32,000 nucleotides of DNA from Gemmata obscuriglobus (GTDB taxonomy: Bacteria; Planctomycetota; Planctomycetia; Gemmatales; Gemmataceae). Each line of letters opens with the position of its first letter. Within the stretch, counting starts at the first letter, position 1. Below are positions 22,468 to 31,932 of this stretch, one piece after another. The stretch lies in the NCBI RefSeq assembly GCF_008065095.1, contig NZ_CP042911.1:8520001-8552000 (forward strand). Direction: 5' to 3'. The translations under genes and the position numbers were made by a program. The notes under the pieces are model-generated. The model saw only the letters and a list, made by a program, of their open reading frames with translations. It searched no databases and had not been told where the DNA came from.

Positions 22468-25017
22468 TCAGTCCAGGTAAACGAACTCGTTGGCGTTCAG
22501 GCACAGCAAGGCGTACCGCGTGAGCGCCTGGGCGTCACTCAGCTTGTGCTTCTCCTTCAACTGGGCGATGAACGCGGCGTCCGCCTTCACCTCGTCCGCC
22601 GACGGCACCCGCCCGGTGGTGAGGCGCACCGCGCGGGCGATCTGGGCCGCCACGTTGTCGGGCGCCTCCTTCTGGAGCCGCTTCGCGAACGCCTCGGCCT
22701 GCTCGTTAGCGAACTCGCCGTTGAGCAGCCCGAGCGACTGCGTCGGCACCGTGGTCACGTACCGCACCGGGCAGCTCGAGTCCGGGTCCGGCTGGTCGAA
22801 CCCGACCAGGATCGGCACCCGCAGCGACCGCTTGACGTGCGCGTACACGCTGCGCCGGTTCCCTTCGTCCGGCGGCGACGTGGGCCACCCCTGGCCCGGC
22901 ACGGACTGGCCCGCCAGCACCTCCTTCGGGATCTTCGGGTAGGTGCTCGGGCCGCCCATCTTCAGGTTCAGCGCGCCGCTCACCGCCAGGATCGAGTCCC
23001 GCACCTCCTCGCCCGACAGGCGCCGCATGTTGAACCGCCACAGGAGGTTGTTCGCGGGGTCCGCCTTCAGGTTGCCGGCGTCGGCCCGGGCCGACAGTTG
23101 GTACACGCTCGACATCATGATGAGCTTGTGGAGCCGCTTCAGCTTCCACTCGCCGCCCGTCAGCTCCTGAGCGAGCCAGTCGAGCAGCTCGGGGTGCGTG
23201 GGGGCCGAGCCGAGCTTGCCGAAGTCGTTGGCGCTGTCCACGATCCCGCGGCCGAAGTGGTACTGCCACACCCGGTTCACCATCACCCGGGCGGTGAGCG
23301 GGTTGTCCTTCGACGCGATCCAGTTCGCCAGCACGGTGCGCCGGCCGCTCGACTTCTGGCCCGGCTTGGGCGGCGCGATCTCGGGCTCCGGCAGCCCCAG
23401 CACCTCCGGGAACCCGGGCTTCACTTCCTTGCCCTTCGCCTGCGGCGAGCCGCGCACCAGAATGTGCGTGGTGGGCGGGGTCCGTTCGCAGTTGTTGACC
23501 GACAGCGCGAGCTGCTGGCCCGCCGGGCGGGTCCGCTTTTCCAGCTCCGCGCGCTCGCCCTTGAGCGCCGCGTACCCGTCCTTCACCGCCCCCTTCAGGG
23601 CCGGGACCACCTTCCGCTCGATCACCTGCGGCCGGTCGGGTCCCTCGGAGGCGCGCTGGTCCTCGGCGGGCAGCGTCTTGATGACGTTCTCCTCGATCTC
23701 CTCCATCAGCTTCTTGATCTCGGCCGCCCGGGCCATGCGCTTCTTGAGGTCCTCCTCGTACTTCGCGCGCTGCTCCGGCGGGGTGATGTCCGAAAGGCTG
23801 TTCGCGGACCGCACGTCCCGGTTCTCGGAGTACGGCTTGATGTCCCGGAAGAACGCGACCAGCTTGTAGTAGTCGGCGGCCGGGATCGGGTCCGCCTTGT
23901 GGTCGTGGCACCGGGCGCAGTTGAAGGTGGTGCCCAGGAACCCCTGGCCCACCGTGGACACGATGTCGTCGTACCCGTCGAACACGGCCAGCAGCGGGTC
24001 GGCCGGCTCGTCGTCCCAGATGCCGAGCCGGTAGAACCCGGTCGCGATCACCGCGTCGGGGTTGTAGCCCGGCACCTCGTCCCCCGCGAGCTGCTCCTTC
24101 ACGAACTGGTCGTACGGCTTGTCGTCGTTGAAACTCTTGATGACGTAGTCGCGGTACCGCCACGCGAACGGCTTCGGGCCGTCGCGCTCGTACCCGTTGG
24201 TCTCCGCGAACCGCACCACGTCGAGCCAGTGCCGGCCCCACTTCTCGCCGTAGTGCGGGGAGGCCAGCAGCCGGTCGATCAGCTTCTCGTAGGCGTCGGG
24301 CGACCGGTCCGCGACGAACGCGTCCACCTCTTCCGGGGACGGCGGCAGCCCGGTGAGGTCGTACGCGGCGCGGCGGATTAGCGCCGCCTTCTCCGCGGGC
24401 GCGACCGGCTTCAGCCCCTTCGCTTCGAGCTTCGCCAGCACGAACGCGTCGATCGGCGTCTTCACCCACCCCGCGTCCTTCACCGCCGGCACGGCCGGGC
24501 GCGTGACGGGCTGGTAGGCCCAGTACTTCTTGGCCTCTTCGGTGACGACGCCCTTGTGCGCGGCCTTCTCGGCGCCGCCGAGCCGGTCCGCCGGGACCGG
24601 CAGCCCGTCCTTCACCCACTTCTCGATGGTCGCGATGTCCTTGTCGGGCATCTTGCCCTTCGGGGGCATCTTGGCCGCGTCGTCCTTGTAGTGGATCGTC
24701 TTGAGCAGCAGGCTGTCCGCGGGCGCTTTGAGATCGACCGCCGGGCCGCTCTCCCCGCCGGCGAGCACGCCCTTGCGGGTGGCGAGGTTGAACTCGCCCT
24801 TCAGCTTCGCCGGGTCGGCGCCGTGGCACTTGAGGCAGTGCTGCGTGAGCACCGGCAGCACCTCCTTCTCGTAGAAGCTCACCTGCGCGGCGGTGAACTT
24901 CGGCGCGGGCTCGGCCGCCTTGTCGTCGGCCGCGCGGGAGCGGAACCCGCCGGCGAACGCGACCAGCGCCGCGGCGAAGCCGGTGAGCGCGAGCGTGCGT
25001 GAGATGCGTGAGGTCAT
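22468..25017 (-). CDS. PSCyt1/PSCyt2(DUF1549)/PSD1(DUF1553) protein.
   Basis: ATG at 25017 with signal peptide MTSRISRTLALTGFAAALVAFAGG. Motifs: CLKCHG; RRAAYDLTGLPPSPEEVDAFVADRSPDAYEKLIDRLLASPHYGEKWGRHWLDVVRF; CARCHDHKADPI. Confidence 0.9.
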   Translation of the reverse strand: MTSRISRTLALTGFAAALVAFAGGFRSRAADDKAAEPAPKFTAAQVSFYEKEVLPVLTQHCLKCHGADPAKLKGEFNLATRKGVLAGGESGPAVDLKAPADSLLLKTIHYKDDAAKMPPKGKMPDKDIATIEKWVKDGLPVPADRLGGAEKAAHKGVVTEEAKKYWAYQPVTRPAVPAVKDAGWVKTPIDAFVLAKLEAKGLKPVAPAEKAALIRRAAYDLTGLPPSPEEVDAFVADRSPDAYEKLIDRLLASPHYGEKWGRHWLDVVRFAETNGYERDGPKPFAWRYRDYVIKSFNDDKPYDQFVKEQLAGDEVPGYNPDAVIATGFYRLGIWDDEPADPLLAVFDGYDDIVSTVGQGFLGTTFNCARCHDHKADPIPAADYYKLVAFFRDIKPYSENRDVRSANSLSDITPPEQRAKYEEDLKKRMARAAEIKKLMEEIEENVIKTLPAEDQRASEGPDRPQVIERKVVPALKGAVKDGYAALKGERAELEKRTRPAGQQLALSVNNCERTPPTTHILVRGSPQAKGKEVKPGFPEVLGLPEPEIAPPKPGQKSSGRRTVLANWIASKDNPLTARVMVNRVWQYHFGRGIVDSANDFGKLGSAPTHPELLDWLAQELTGGEWKLKRLHKLIMMSSVYQLSARADAGNLKADPANNLLWRFNMRRLSGEEVRDSILAVSGALNLKMGGPSTYPKIPKEVLAGQSVPGQGWPTSPPDEGNRRSVYAHVKRSLRVPILVGFDQPDPDSSCPVRYVTTVPTQSLGLLNGEFANEQAEAFAKRLQKEAPDNVAAQIARAVRLTTGRVPSADEVKADAAFIAQLKEKHKLSDAQALTRYALLCLNANEFVYLD

Positions 25018-25208
25018 GGCGTGGGTCCGGCAGGCGGGGGGCGATTGCGTAATCGGTGGGTCGGTCGCGCCGGGGAGGGGCACTCTCTCGGTTATTCTCG
25101 GGGGCGCCGCCCGGGCCGCACAGGGCGACTCGGGCGGCACGCTCTTGGGTTTTCAGTGGCGGCACCGCGGGCCGCCCGGGGCGCGGGCGGCACACGGTCC
25201 CAATCGGC

Positions 25209-28200
25209 TCACGGCGTTTCGACGGTCACCGCCACCACGATCGGGGCGGAGCGGTCGGAGCCCTTTACGAGTTCGATCGTCTTCACCACCGCGTCCGGGC
25301 GGTTCGGGGTCACGCTCAGGTAGCGGACCTGCTGCCCGCCCCGCAGGGTGAACGCGAGCTTCGACCCCGGCACGTCGAACTTGCCGATGTAGTCGGCGAA
25401 GTGGACCCCGTCGCGGAGCGCGTGGTCTTCGGTCTTGCCGTCGTCGTAGGTGAGCCGCACGGTCATGCTCACCGGGCCGTTCCGCGCCGGCTGCTGGGCC
25501 GCCCACCCGCCCACGCCGCTCAGCAGGTGGACCGCCTTCGCCTTGCCGTTGAACGGCAGCGACACGCTCTTGGGCATTTTCGGCGGCACGACGCCGTTCG
25601 GCCCGTTCAGCAGGACGACGTTCTTCACCTTGTCGCCCTGCGGGTCCACCAGCACGAACGGCACGCCGTCGAACGTCTTGGGCTTCCAGTCCGGGAACAC
25701 GAGCCGCTCCGCGGTGCCGCCGGCGTCGAAGAACATGTCCTTCGTGCTGACCACCGTCGCCGCCTTGTCCAGCGGCAGCGGGACGTACTTGCCCTTCTGC
25801 CCCAGGAACTCCAGCAGGTCGGTCAGCTCCTCGGGCTTCATCACCTTCTCGAAGCCCTCGGGCATGAGCGACTTGTCGGTCTCCCGCATGCTCACGACGT
25901 CGGTCTTCGCGAACTGGTGCCGCTTGGCCTCGGCGTCGATCAGTTCCACCGACGTTCCGGTTTGTGCCCCCAGGATGCCGATCACGGTGCGGTCGTCGAC
26001 CGTCGTCAGGCGGTACAGCTTGAAGTTGCCCTCCACGCTGCGGGACGGGTCGAGGATCGCGATCATCAGCTCCTCGCGCGGGTGGACGCCGAACCCGGTG
26101 AGTTCCGGCCCGATGGCGGTCCCCTCGCTGCCGTGCTTGTGGCACTTCGCGCAGTGCGCGACGAACATCTTCTTGCCGTTCTCGACGTTCCCGGTCCGCA
26201 CGAGCGCCGTCTTCAGCTCCTCGATCACCTTCTGCCGGTCGGCGTTCGGGAGCCCGCCGCCCAGTTCGAGGATCTTGCGGGCACGCGCGCCGATCTCCTT
26301 GTCGGGGTGCGACGCGAGCGCCTGCCGCTGGTCGAGCGCCAGCAGGTCGAACCGCAGTTGCCCCTTCTCGACGGCGTCGAGGAACGCCTTCGTGGAGTCG
26401 GTCTTCGCGAGCACCAGTTGCAGCGCCGCGGACCGCACCCCGACCGGCAGGTCTTTCAGCTTCGCGACCACCGCGACCGTCGCGCCCTTGGCTTTAGATT
26501 GTCCGAGCGCCTCGAAGATTCCGCCGGCCAGCGCCGGTGAGGCGTCCGCGGTCACCGCCGCGAGCAACTTGGCCGCGGCCTCGTCGTCGCTCGGGCGGAA
26601 CTCGATCACCTGCTGCGCCGCGGCGACGCGGTCGGCGTCCTTCGCGCTGGCGTCGGCGAGGGTGGCGAACGCGGCCTTCGTGAGTTCCGCGAGCTGGGCC
26701 TCGATGCCCTTCACGCCCCACGTTGAGGCGAGCTTGACCAGCCGCCCGCGCGACGCCGCCGGGAGCGTGCCGAGTAACTTCCCGACGGCCTCCTCTTCGG
26801 CCGCGGTGAGTGCGGCGGCGCGGCCCGCGGGCCACCCGGCGGCAAGCCCGGCCACGATCCGCTCGGCCACCGCCGGCTTCGCCCGCGCCGCCGCCGCCAG
26901 CACGCCCGGCAGCCCGGCGGCGTCGGAGTCGGCCAGCGCGCGGGCGGCGGTCTCCACCAGCGGCAGCAGTGCCGCCCGGTCGGGCAGGTCGGCCGCGCCG
27001 GCTAGGAGCGCCCGCGAGTGCCGCGCGACCGCGGCCAGCAGCGCCGGCGAGTTCGCGTCGGCGTCCCCGGTGGCCGCCACCAGCCGGGGCAGCGCGAACG
27101 CCGAACCCGTGCCACCTTGCGGCAGCTCCGCCAGCGCCAGGAGCCCGGCCCGGCGCACCTTCGCGTCGGCGTCGGCGAGGGCCGATGCGGGGATCTGCGC
27201 GAACCACTTGTCCTCGCGCGGGAGCACCGCGAACGCGGCCGTCCGCACCGGCGCCGACGGGTGGGCCAGTGCCGCGAGGACCGCCTTCGCCGCGTCCTCG
27301 TTCTTGCCGTCGAGCGCGCCGAGCGCCGCCAGCGTGTGGAGCGCGTGGACCGCGCCCGGGTTGTTGCCGGTCTCGTCAACGGACTTGTCGCCCAGCGCCT
27401 TGATGAGCGCCCCGACGGTTTCGGGCGTCGCGCTCGCCGCCAGGAGCCGCTGGGCGTGCAGCCGCCACGTCATGTTCGGGTGCTTCAGCGCCGCCACCAG
27501 CTTTTCGGGCGTCGCGCCCTTCAGCGTGAACGGCTTCTCGTCCTTCGCCTTGGTGTACACGACGCGGTAGATGCGGCCGTGGACCTTGTCGCGCAGCTCG
27601 GTCTCGTAGGCGTTCCCCTTGCCGTTCCGGAAGCCCGCGGGGGTCGGGTTGTGCTGCACGATGAACGCGTACCAGTCCACGACCCACACGTGCCCGTCCG
27701 GGCCGACCTGCGCGTCGATCGGGGCGCACCACTCGTCGTCGCTCGCGACTAGGTTCCAGCCGTACTTGCCCCGGAAGCTCATCCCCGCCGGCTGAAGGGT
27801 CATGGTCGCCGTCAGGTGCCCGGTCGGTTCCGAGATGAACGCGGTCCGGTTCCAGTACTCGCGCGGGTAGGTGCGGGCGGTGTACACCGCGATGTTCGAC
27901 GCCGCGGTGAACCCGCCGTGCCAGTCCACCTGCCGCACCTTCTCGGTGATCGGCTCGATGTGGTTGTCGGCCGCGATGTTTTGCAGCACGGTGGGCGCGA
28001 GGCCCTTCACCTTCTCGTAGTAGCGGTTCGGGATCGGCATGTGGACCAGCGGGCACCCGTTCGCGGTGCTGCCGAACAGCTCACCGCTCTCGTCGAAGCA
28101 CAGGCCCCAGGTGTTGTTGTTCGTGCTGCGGAGGAACTCGAGCTTGGTCACCTTCAGCGGCGCGTCCGCGGCGCCGGCGGGCTCCACCTTGAACCGGTAG

Positions 28201-29546
28201 AACCCCTGGCGGAAGTTGTGCCGCTCGCCGCCGACCGTGCCGTTGAAGCCGGCGTACCCGACGGCCCCGTACACCCAGTTGTCGAACCCGTAGCGCAGGT
28301 TGCTCGGGCCGGCGTGGGTGTCGCCGGTGCTCCACCCGCGGAACAACTCCTGGCGCACGTCGGCTTTGCCGTCGCCGTCGGTGTCCTTCAGGAACAGCGT
28401 GACCGGCGCCTGGTGGACGATCAACCCGCCCGCGTAGGGCAACAGGCTGGTCGCGATGCTCAGCTTGTCCGCGAACGTGGTCACCTTGTCCGCGACGCCG
28501 TCGCCGTCGGCGTCCTCGCACACCACGATCTTGTCGCGGCCCTGCCCGGCGGGCTGCATCTCGTTCGGGTAGTCCACCGTCACCGACACGAACAGCCGCC
28601 CCTGCTCGTCCCAGGTGGTTGCGATCGGCTTACCGCCCAGCTCCTTTTCGGTGACAAACACCTTGACCTGGAAGTCCACCGGCGTGCTGATGTGCTTCAG
28701 GCTCTCCTCGACAGATAGCGGCTTCTGCATCTTCGAGAGCGGGCCGCCGCGCTCGCCCCGGGCCGGGTAGAACGGCACCTTCGCGTCCACGTACTCGAAC
28801 GGCTTCACGTCCTTCGGGAGTTTCGTCATTTCGGGGGCGTCGAAGTAGGCCCCCACCGCCGCCGGGTCCTGCTTCACCGCCCACCGCAGCCCGCGCTCGA
28901 GGAGGTTGTGGAACCCCTCGTGGCTCCAGGTGCGGGCGTCGTGGCCCCACGCGGTGTAGAACACGCGGCCCCGGCCCTGCTCGCGGACCCACGTCCACGG
29001 CTCCTTCAGGTCGCCCTCGGCGCGCACCTCCAGCACCGTGCGGCCCTTCTCGTTGTGCTTCGTGTGGACGTACGTCTCGTCCCAACTGCTGAAGCTCTTG
29101 AACCCCTGCATGATCGGGTGGTCGGCCTTAACGGTCTCGGTGCGGAACGTCCCGGTGCCGTGGCTGCGGAACTGCGCCCCGACCAGCGCGACGTACTTCG
29201 GCGAGTTCAGGAAGCAGTAGCTCGCGCAGTGAACCGGCACGAACCCCTTGCCGCCCTCCACGTACTCCAGCAGGGCCTTCTCCTGCTCCTCGGAGATCTT
29301 CGTGTGGTTGGCGTAGATCATGAGCGCGTCGTACCCGCCGAGCGTCTTGGCGTTCAGGTCGTCGAGCTTGTCGGTGTAGGTCAGCTCGATGCCGCGCGCG
29401 GCGAACACCGGGTGGAGCTGCTTGAAGCGGTCCGTGGGCCGGTGCCCTGCGGTGTCGCCCAGGAACAGCACCTTCAGTTTCGCGGGTTCGGCCGCGAACG
29501 CCGGCGCTGCGAACGTCAGCGCGATCAGAGAGAGTAAGACACGCAT
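25209..29546 (-). CDS. Giant multidomain protein (1445 aa): ThuA-like N-terminus, PVC-type putative membrane-bound dehydrogenase beta-propeller, HEAT repeats, cytochrome c (CxxCH), and a C-terminal beta domain.
   Basis: ATG at 29546 after GGAG, signal peptide MRVLLSLIALTFAAPAFA. ThuA-like motifs: LKVLFLGDTAGHRP ... FVPVHCASYCF ... VFYTAWGHD. Propeller region with DGDGVADK / DTDGDGKAD. Long Ala/Leu HEAT-like region. Heme motif FVAHCAKCHKHGSEGTAIGPELTG. Confidence 0.85.
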   Translation of the reverse strand: MRVLLSLIALTFAAPAFAAEPAKLKVLFLGDTAGHRPTDRFKQLHPVFAARGIELTYTDKLDDLNAKTLGGYDALMIYANHTKISEEQEKALLEYVEGGKGFVPVHCASYCFLNSPKYVALVGAQFRSHGTGTFRTETVKADHPIMQGFKSFSSWDETYVHTKHNEKGRTVLEVRAEGDLKEPWTWVREQGRGRVFYTAWGHDARTWSHEGFHNLLERGLRWAVKQDPAAVGAYFDAPEMTKLPKDVKPFEYVDAKVPFYPARGERGGPLSKMQKPLSVEESLKHISTPVDFQVKVFVTEKELGGKPIATTWDEQGRLFVSVTVDYPNEMQPAGQGRDKIVVCEDADGDGVADKVTTFADKLSIATSLLPYAGGLIVHQAPVTLFLKDTDGDGKADVRQELFRGWSTGDTHAGPSNLRYGFDNWVYGAVGYAGFNGTVGGERHNFRQGFYRFKVEPAGAADAPLKVTKLEFLRSTNNNTWGLCFDESGELFGSTANGCPLVHMPIPNRYYEKVKGLAPTVLQNIAADNHIEPITEKVRQVDWHGGFTAASNIAVYTARTYPREYWNRTAFISEPTGHLTATMTLQPAGMSFRGKYGWNLVASDDEWCAPIDAQVGPDGHVWVVDWYAFIVQHNPTPAGFRNGKGNAYETELRDKVHGRIYRVVYTKAKDEKPFTLKGATPEKLVAALKHPNMTWRLHAQRLLAASATPETVGALIKALGDKSVDETGNNPGAVHALHTLAALGALDGKNEDAAKAVLAALAHPSAPVRTAAFAVLPREDKWFAQIPASALADADAKVRRAGLLALAELPQGGTGSAFALPRLVAATGDADANSPALLAAVARHSRALLAGAADLPDRAALLPLVETAARALADSDAAGLPGVLAAAARAKPAVAERIVAGLAAGWPAGRAAALTAAEEEAVGKLLGTLPAASRGRLVKLASTWGVKGIEAQLAELTKAAFATLADASAKDADRVAAAQQVIEFRPSDDEAAAKLLAAVTADASPALAGGIFEALGQSKAKGATVAVVAKLKDLPVGVRSAALQLVLAKTDSTKAFLDAVEKGQLRFDLLALDQRQALASHPDKEIGARARKILELGGGLPNADRQKVIEELKTALVRTGNVENGKKMFVAHCAKCHKHGSEGTAIGPELTGFGVHPREELMIAILDPSRSVEGNFKLYRLTTVDDRTVIGILGAQTGTSVELIDAEAKRHQFAKTDVVSMRETDKSLMPEGFEKVMKPEELTDLLEFLGQKGKYVPLPLDKAATVVSTKDMFFDAGGTAERLVFPDWKPKTFDGVPFVLVDPQGDKVKNVVLLNGPNGVVPPKMPKSVSLPFNGKAKAVHLLSGVGGWAAQQPARNGPVSMTVRLTYDDGKTEDHALRDGVHFADYIGKFDVPGSKLAFTLRGGQQVRYLSVTPNRPDAVVKTIELVKGSDRSAPIVVAVTVETP

Positions 29547-29654
29547 GGCTGCTCCAAGCGAGAGAGAGAGCAATAGCCGCAAATGAGCACAACGAGCCCA
29601 AAAGGCAGGGAACCAGGGACAGAGTAGATTAACAGGATTCAACGGGATCGAACA

Positions 29655-29695
29655 ACAAGGCAGGCCCGCCCGGGCCGCACCGGCCTTGCCTGTTC
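29655..29695 (-). terminator. GC-rich hairpin downstream of the ROK gene; candidate terminator.
   Basis: On the minus strand, caggcaaggccggtgcggcccgggcgggcctgccttg is followed by TTGTTGTTCG. The stem is imperfect (bulged). Confidence 0.35.
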
Positions 29696-29775
29696 TGCCG
29701 GCTCCGCAAATCTCTTTGCTCTTGGTTTCCTCTTGTGTCCTTTGTACTTCTTTGTGGCCACTCGATCTTCCGTCT

Positions 29776-30942
29776 TTACACCAGTTCCGGTGCTACCGAA
29801 TCGGTCAGGTGCTGGATGATCCCGGCGACGGCCCCCTGCCGCTTGCTCCCCTTCGCACGCACAATGGTGCAGTCCGCGAACGACGGCGGCAGCGCCCGCT
29901 CACGCGCCCGCCCGACCACCGTGCCAAAGAGGGCCTCGTCGATTTCAAACAGGGGCGTGTGGATGAACACCGTTGCCGGGTTGAACAGGTTGATCACCGC
30001 CGCCAGGCCGACCGCCACGAACCCCGCCACTTCGCGCAGCTCCGCGCTGAGGTCCACAGATCCGGACCGCGCGAGGTCGATCACCTCGTCGACGTTCACC
30101 GTGCGGCCGAGCTTTTGCGACGCGAGCCACGCCAGCGCGGAGTCGCTGGCAACGGTTTCGAGGCACCCGGTGTTACCGCACCCGCACCGCCGCCCGCCCA
30201 CCGGCACCGCGGTGAAGTGCCCGATCTCGCCCGCTAGGCCCGACCGTCCTTTCAACAGACGCCCGCCGCTCATGATCCCTAAACCGACGCCGGCGCCAAC
30301 GTCCAACAGTGCAAAATCGTCGAGCCCCTTGGCGAGCCCGTAGTGCCGCTCGGCGAGGCACAGGGCGTGCGACTCCTGGAGCACCGTACATTCGATCCCG
30401 AGCCGCTCGGCCAAATCCGCTGCGGGGCAGTGGTTGTTGGTGATCGCCACGTTGGGCGACAGCACCCCGCACCCCTTGCGGTAGTCGACCAGCCCCGGGA
30501 GGCTCACGCCGAGGCCGAGCGTGGTCACCCCGGGCCGGGCCATGAACGTTCGCGCCGCGCGGGTGAGCGCGTCGATCAGTTCGGGGTAGGTCGCCGGCGT
30601 CGGTACGGTCAGCGTGTCGTCGCGGAGCGCCCCGTCGAGCCCCGTGGACACCACCTCGCAGTGGCAGACATCGATCGCGACACCGAGCACCTGCGCGGAG
30701 GTGGTCGCGAGTCTCAGTTTCGGGGCGGGGCGGCCCCGCGTGAGTTCCGGCGCGTCCGTCGCTTCGATCAGCCCGGCCTTCAGCAGCGACTCAACCGCTT
30801 TGGAAACGGTCGGCGCGCTCAGCCCGCTCTCCCGTGCCACTTCCGCCCGCGAGAGGGAGCCGCGGGACTGGATGACGCGCAGCACCTGTCGCTCGTTCAG
30901 TTTCCCGACCAACGCGGGGCGAATCGTGGTGATCGCGGACAT
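29776..30942 (-). CDS. ROK-family transcriptional regulator (NagC/XylR-like).
   Basis: ATG at 30942 (GAAGG upstream). N-terminal wHTH: LSRAEVARESGLSAPTVSKAVESLLKAGLI. ROK zinc signature: GGRRCGCGNTGCLETVAS. Glycine-rich sugar-kinase fold motifs: LGVAIDV, GVGLGIM. Confidence 0.9.
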   Translation of the reverse strand: MSAITTIRPALVGKLNERQVLRVIQSRGSLSRAEVARESGLSAPTVSKAVESLLKAGLIEATDAPELTRGRPAPKLRLATTSAQVLGVAIDVCHCEVVSTGLDGALRDDTLTVPTPATYPELIDALTRAARTFMARPGVTTLGLGVSLPGLVDYRKGCGVLSPNVAITNNHCPAADLAERLGIECTVLQESHALCLAERHYGLAKGLDDFALLDVGAGVGLGIMSGGRLLKGRSGLAGEIGHFTAVPVGGRRCGCGNTGCLETVASDSALAWLASQKLGRTVNVDEVIDLARSGSVDLSAELREVAGFVAVGLAAVINLFNPATVFIHTPLFEIDEALFGTVVGRARERALPPSFADCTIVRAKGSKRQGAVAGIIQHLTDSVAPELV

Positions 30943-31202
30943 CCTTCGCGCGTCCCGTCTGTGTGTGTTGATGGACAAGGTACACGAACCATAACTGTTT
31001 GTAAAGAGGCTTTAGTAAATCTGGCTTAGAAATGGACCGCACCCGCCCAGGTGCCATAAACACGGCGAAAAGGAACGGATTCTGTCGTGTGAAATTTAGG
31101 TCTTGTCGGCAGATCGCCGTGTGAGTGGACAGTTGTGTCGGGTTTGGATCGTTCTTGACGAGGCGGATACGGACGGGCTGTCCACTTCCCAAAGGAGAGC
31201 GG

Positions 31203-31248
31203 CAAAACGCCCGCGGCGGTCGCTCTTCCAGAGAAGAGCAACCGCCGC
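31203..31248 (-). terminator. Candidate rho-independent terminator of csrA.
   Basis: On the minus strand, a 16-bp stem with one mismatch (gcggcggttgctcttc tctg gaagagcgaccgccgc) is followed by gggcgTTTTgcc, 33 nt after the csrA stop. Confidence 0.5.
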
Positions 31249-31280
31249 AAGGGAGCGTTCGGACGAGCGAACCGAGTCCG

Positions 31281-31490
31281 TCAAGAGACGGTCGGCACGT
31301 TCGGTTGTCCGGCGGCGTCAGCACGCTGCTTTTGTTGTTCCAGGGGCAGTAACTCCTGCCGGTAGATGGGCACGTCCCGCGGGGCCTCGATTCCGAGCCG
31401 AATCTTGCCGCGATCGATGTCAACGACCGTGATGCAGATGTTGTCGCCGATGAAGATCTTTTCACCCAGTTTGCGACTGAGAACGAGCAT
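31281..31490 (-). CDS. csrA: Carbon storage regulator CsrA.
   Basis: ATG at 31490 with GGAGGGA upstream. MLVLSRKLGEKIFIGDNICITVVDIDRGKIRLGIEAPRDVPIYRQEL is the canonical CsrA core. 69 aa with a short Gln/Ala/Pro tail. Confidence 0.9.
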   Translation of the reverse strand: MLVLSRKLGEKIFIGDNICITVVDIDRGKIRLGIEAPRDVPIYRQELLPLEQQKQRADAAGQPNVPTVS

Positions 31491-31893
31491 GGGTCGCGTC
31501 CCTCCGTTGTGCGTCACTCGTCCGTAAAACGCTCCCCAATTCTACGTCATGATTCTGCAGGGGGTTGCGGCGCACTACGAATTGGCGTTTCGACACCTGG
31601 GGGCACCGAGCGCACCGCCGTCATAATGGGTGCAGCACACACCGATACGTATGAACACCGGGCGCGGCCCGCATTGAGAGCCGAATCGCGTCAAACCGTC
31701 CCGTTGAGTCGGCGATCGGGCCGGGGTTCACAGACCGTGGTGCCGCGACCCGCAAAATTCTTCCGACCAAACCGCAGCGGACACGTTGGCGAGGAGTCAC
31801 TAGCTCGGAAACTCAAGCCCAACCGAATCTCGATTTGCCATTCGGCTCATGTGGCGATTTACAGAAAGTGACGGAAACGGACAGAAACGGCCA

Positions 31894-31932
31894 GCAAAAA
31901 CATTAGCAGACCGTCGAAACGGTCTGCTAATG
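31894..31932 (-). terminator. Rho-independent terminator for a minus-strand gene lying beyond the right edge of the window.
   Basis: 14-bp perfect stem cattagcagaccgt / acggtctgctaatg with a 4-nt loop. On the minus strand it is followed by TTTTTGCTGG. A short open frame enters from the window edge and ends near 31937-31965. Confidence 0.6.

Noticed and set aside
31030-31270. Cluster of about 10 GGA motifs on the + strand (AAGGAAC, ACGGAUU, GCGGAUACGGACG, AAGGAGA, ...) just downstream of csrA. I considered it as a CsrB/RsmY-like CsrA-sponge sRNA.
   Set aside because: - The enrichment is only about 2-fold by rough expectation.
- The motifs are not visibly placed in hairpin loops.
- No + strand promoter or terminator is apparent.
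- The main hairpin here (31213-31248) has its T-run on the minus strand and is better explained as the csrA terminator.
- It would need RNA-seq or an Rfam scan to revive the idea.
31509-31871. 120-aa + strand ORF upstream of csrA, and the 62-109-aa ORFs at 31026-31465.
   Set aside because: They show no RBS, no motif and mixed codon bias. They lie in regions better explained as leader, terminator or promoter DNA.
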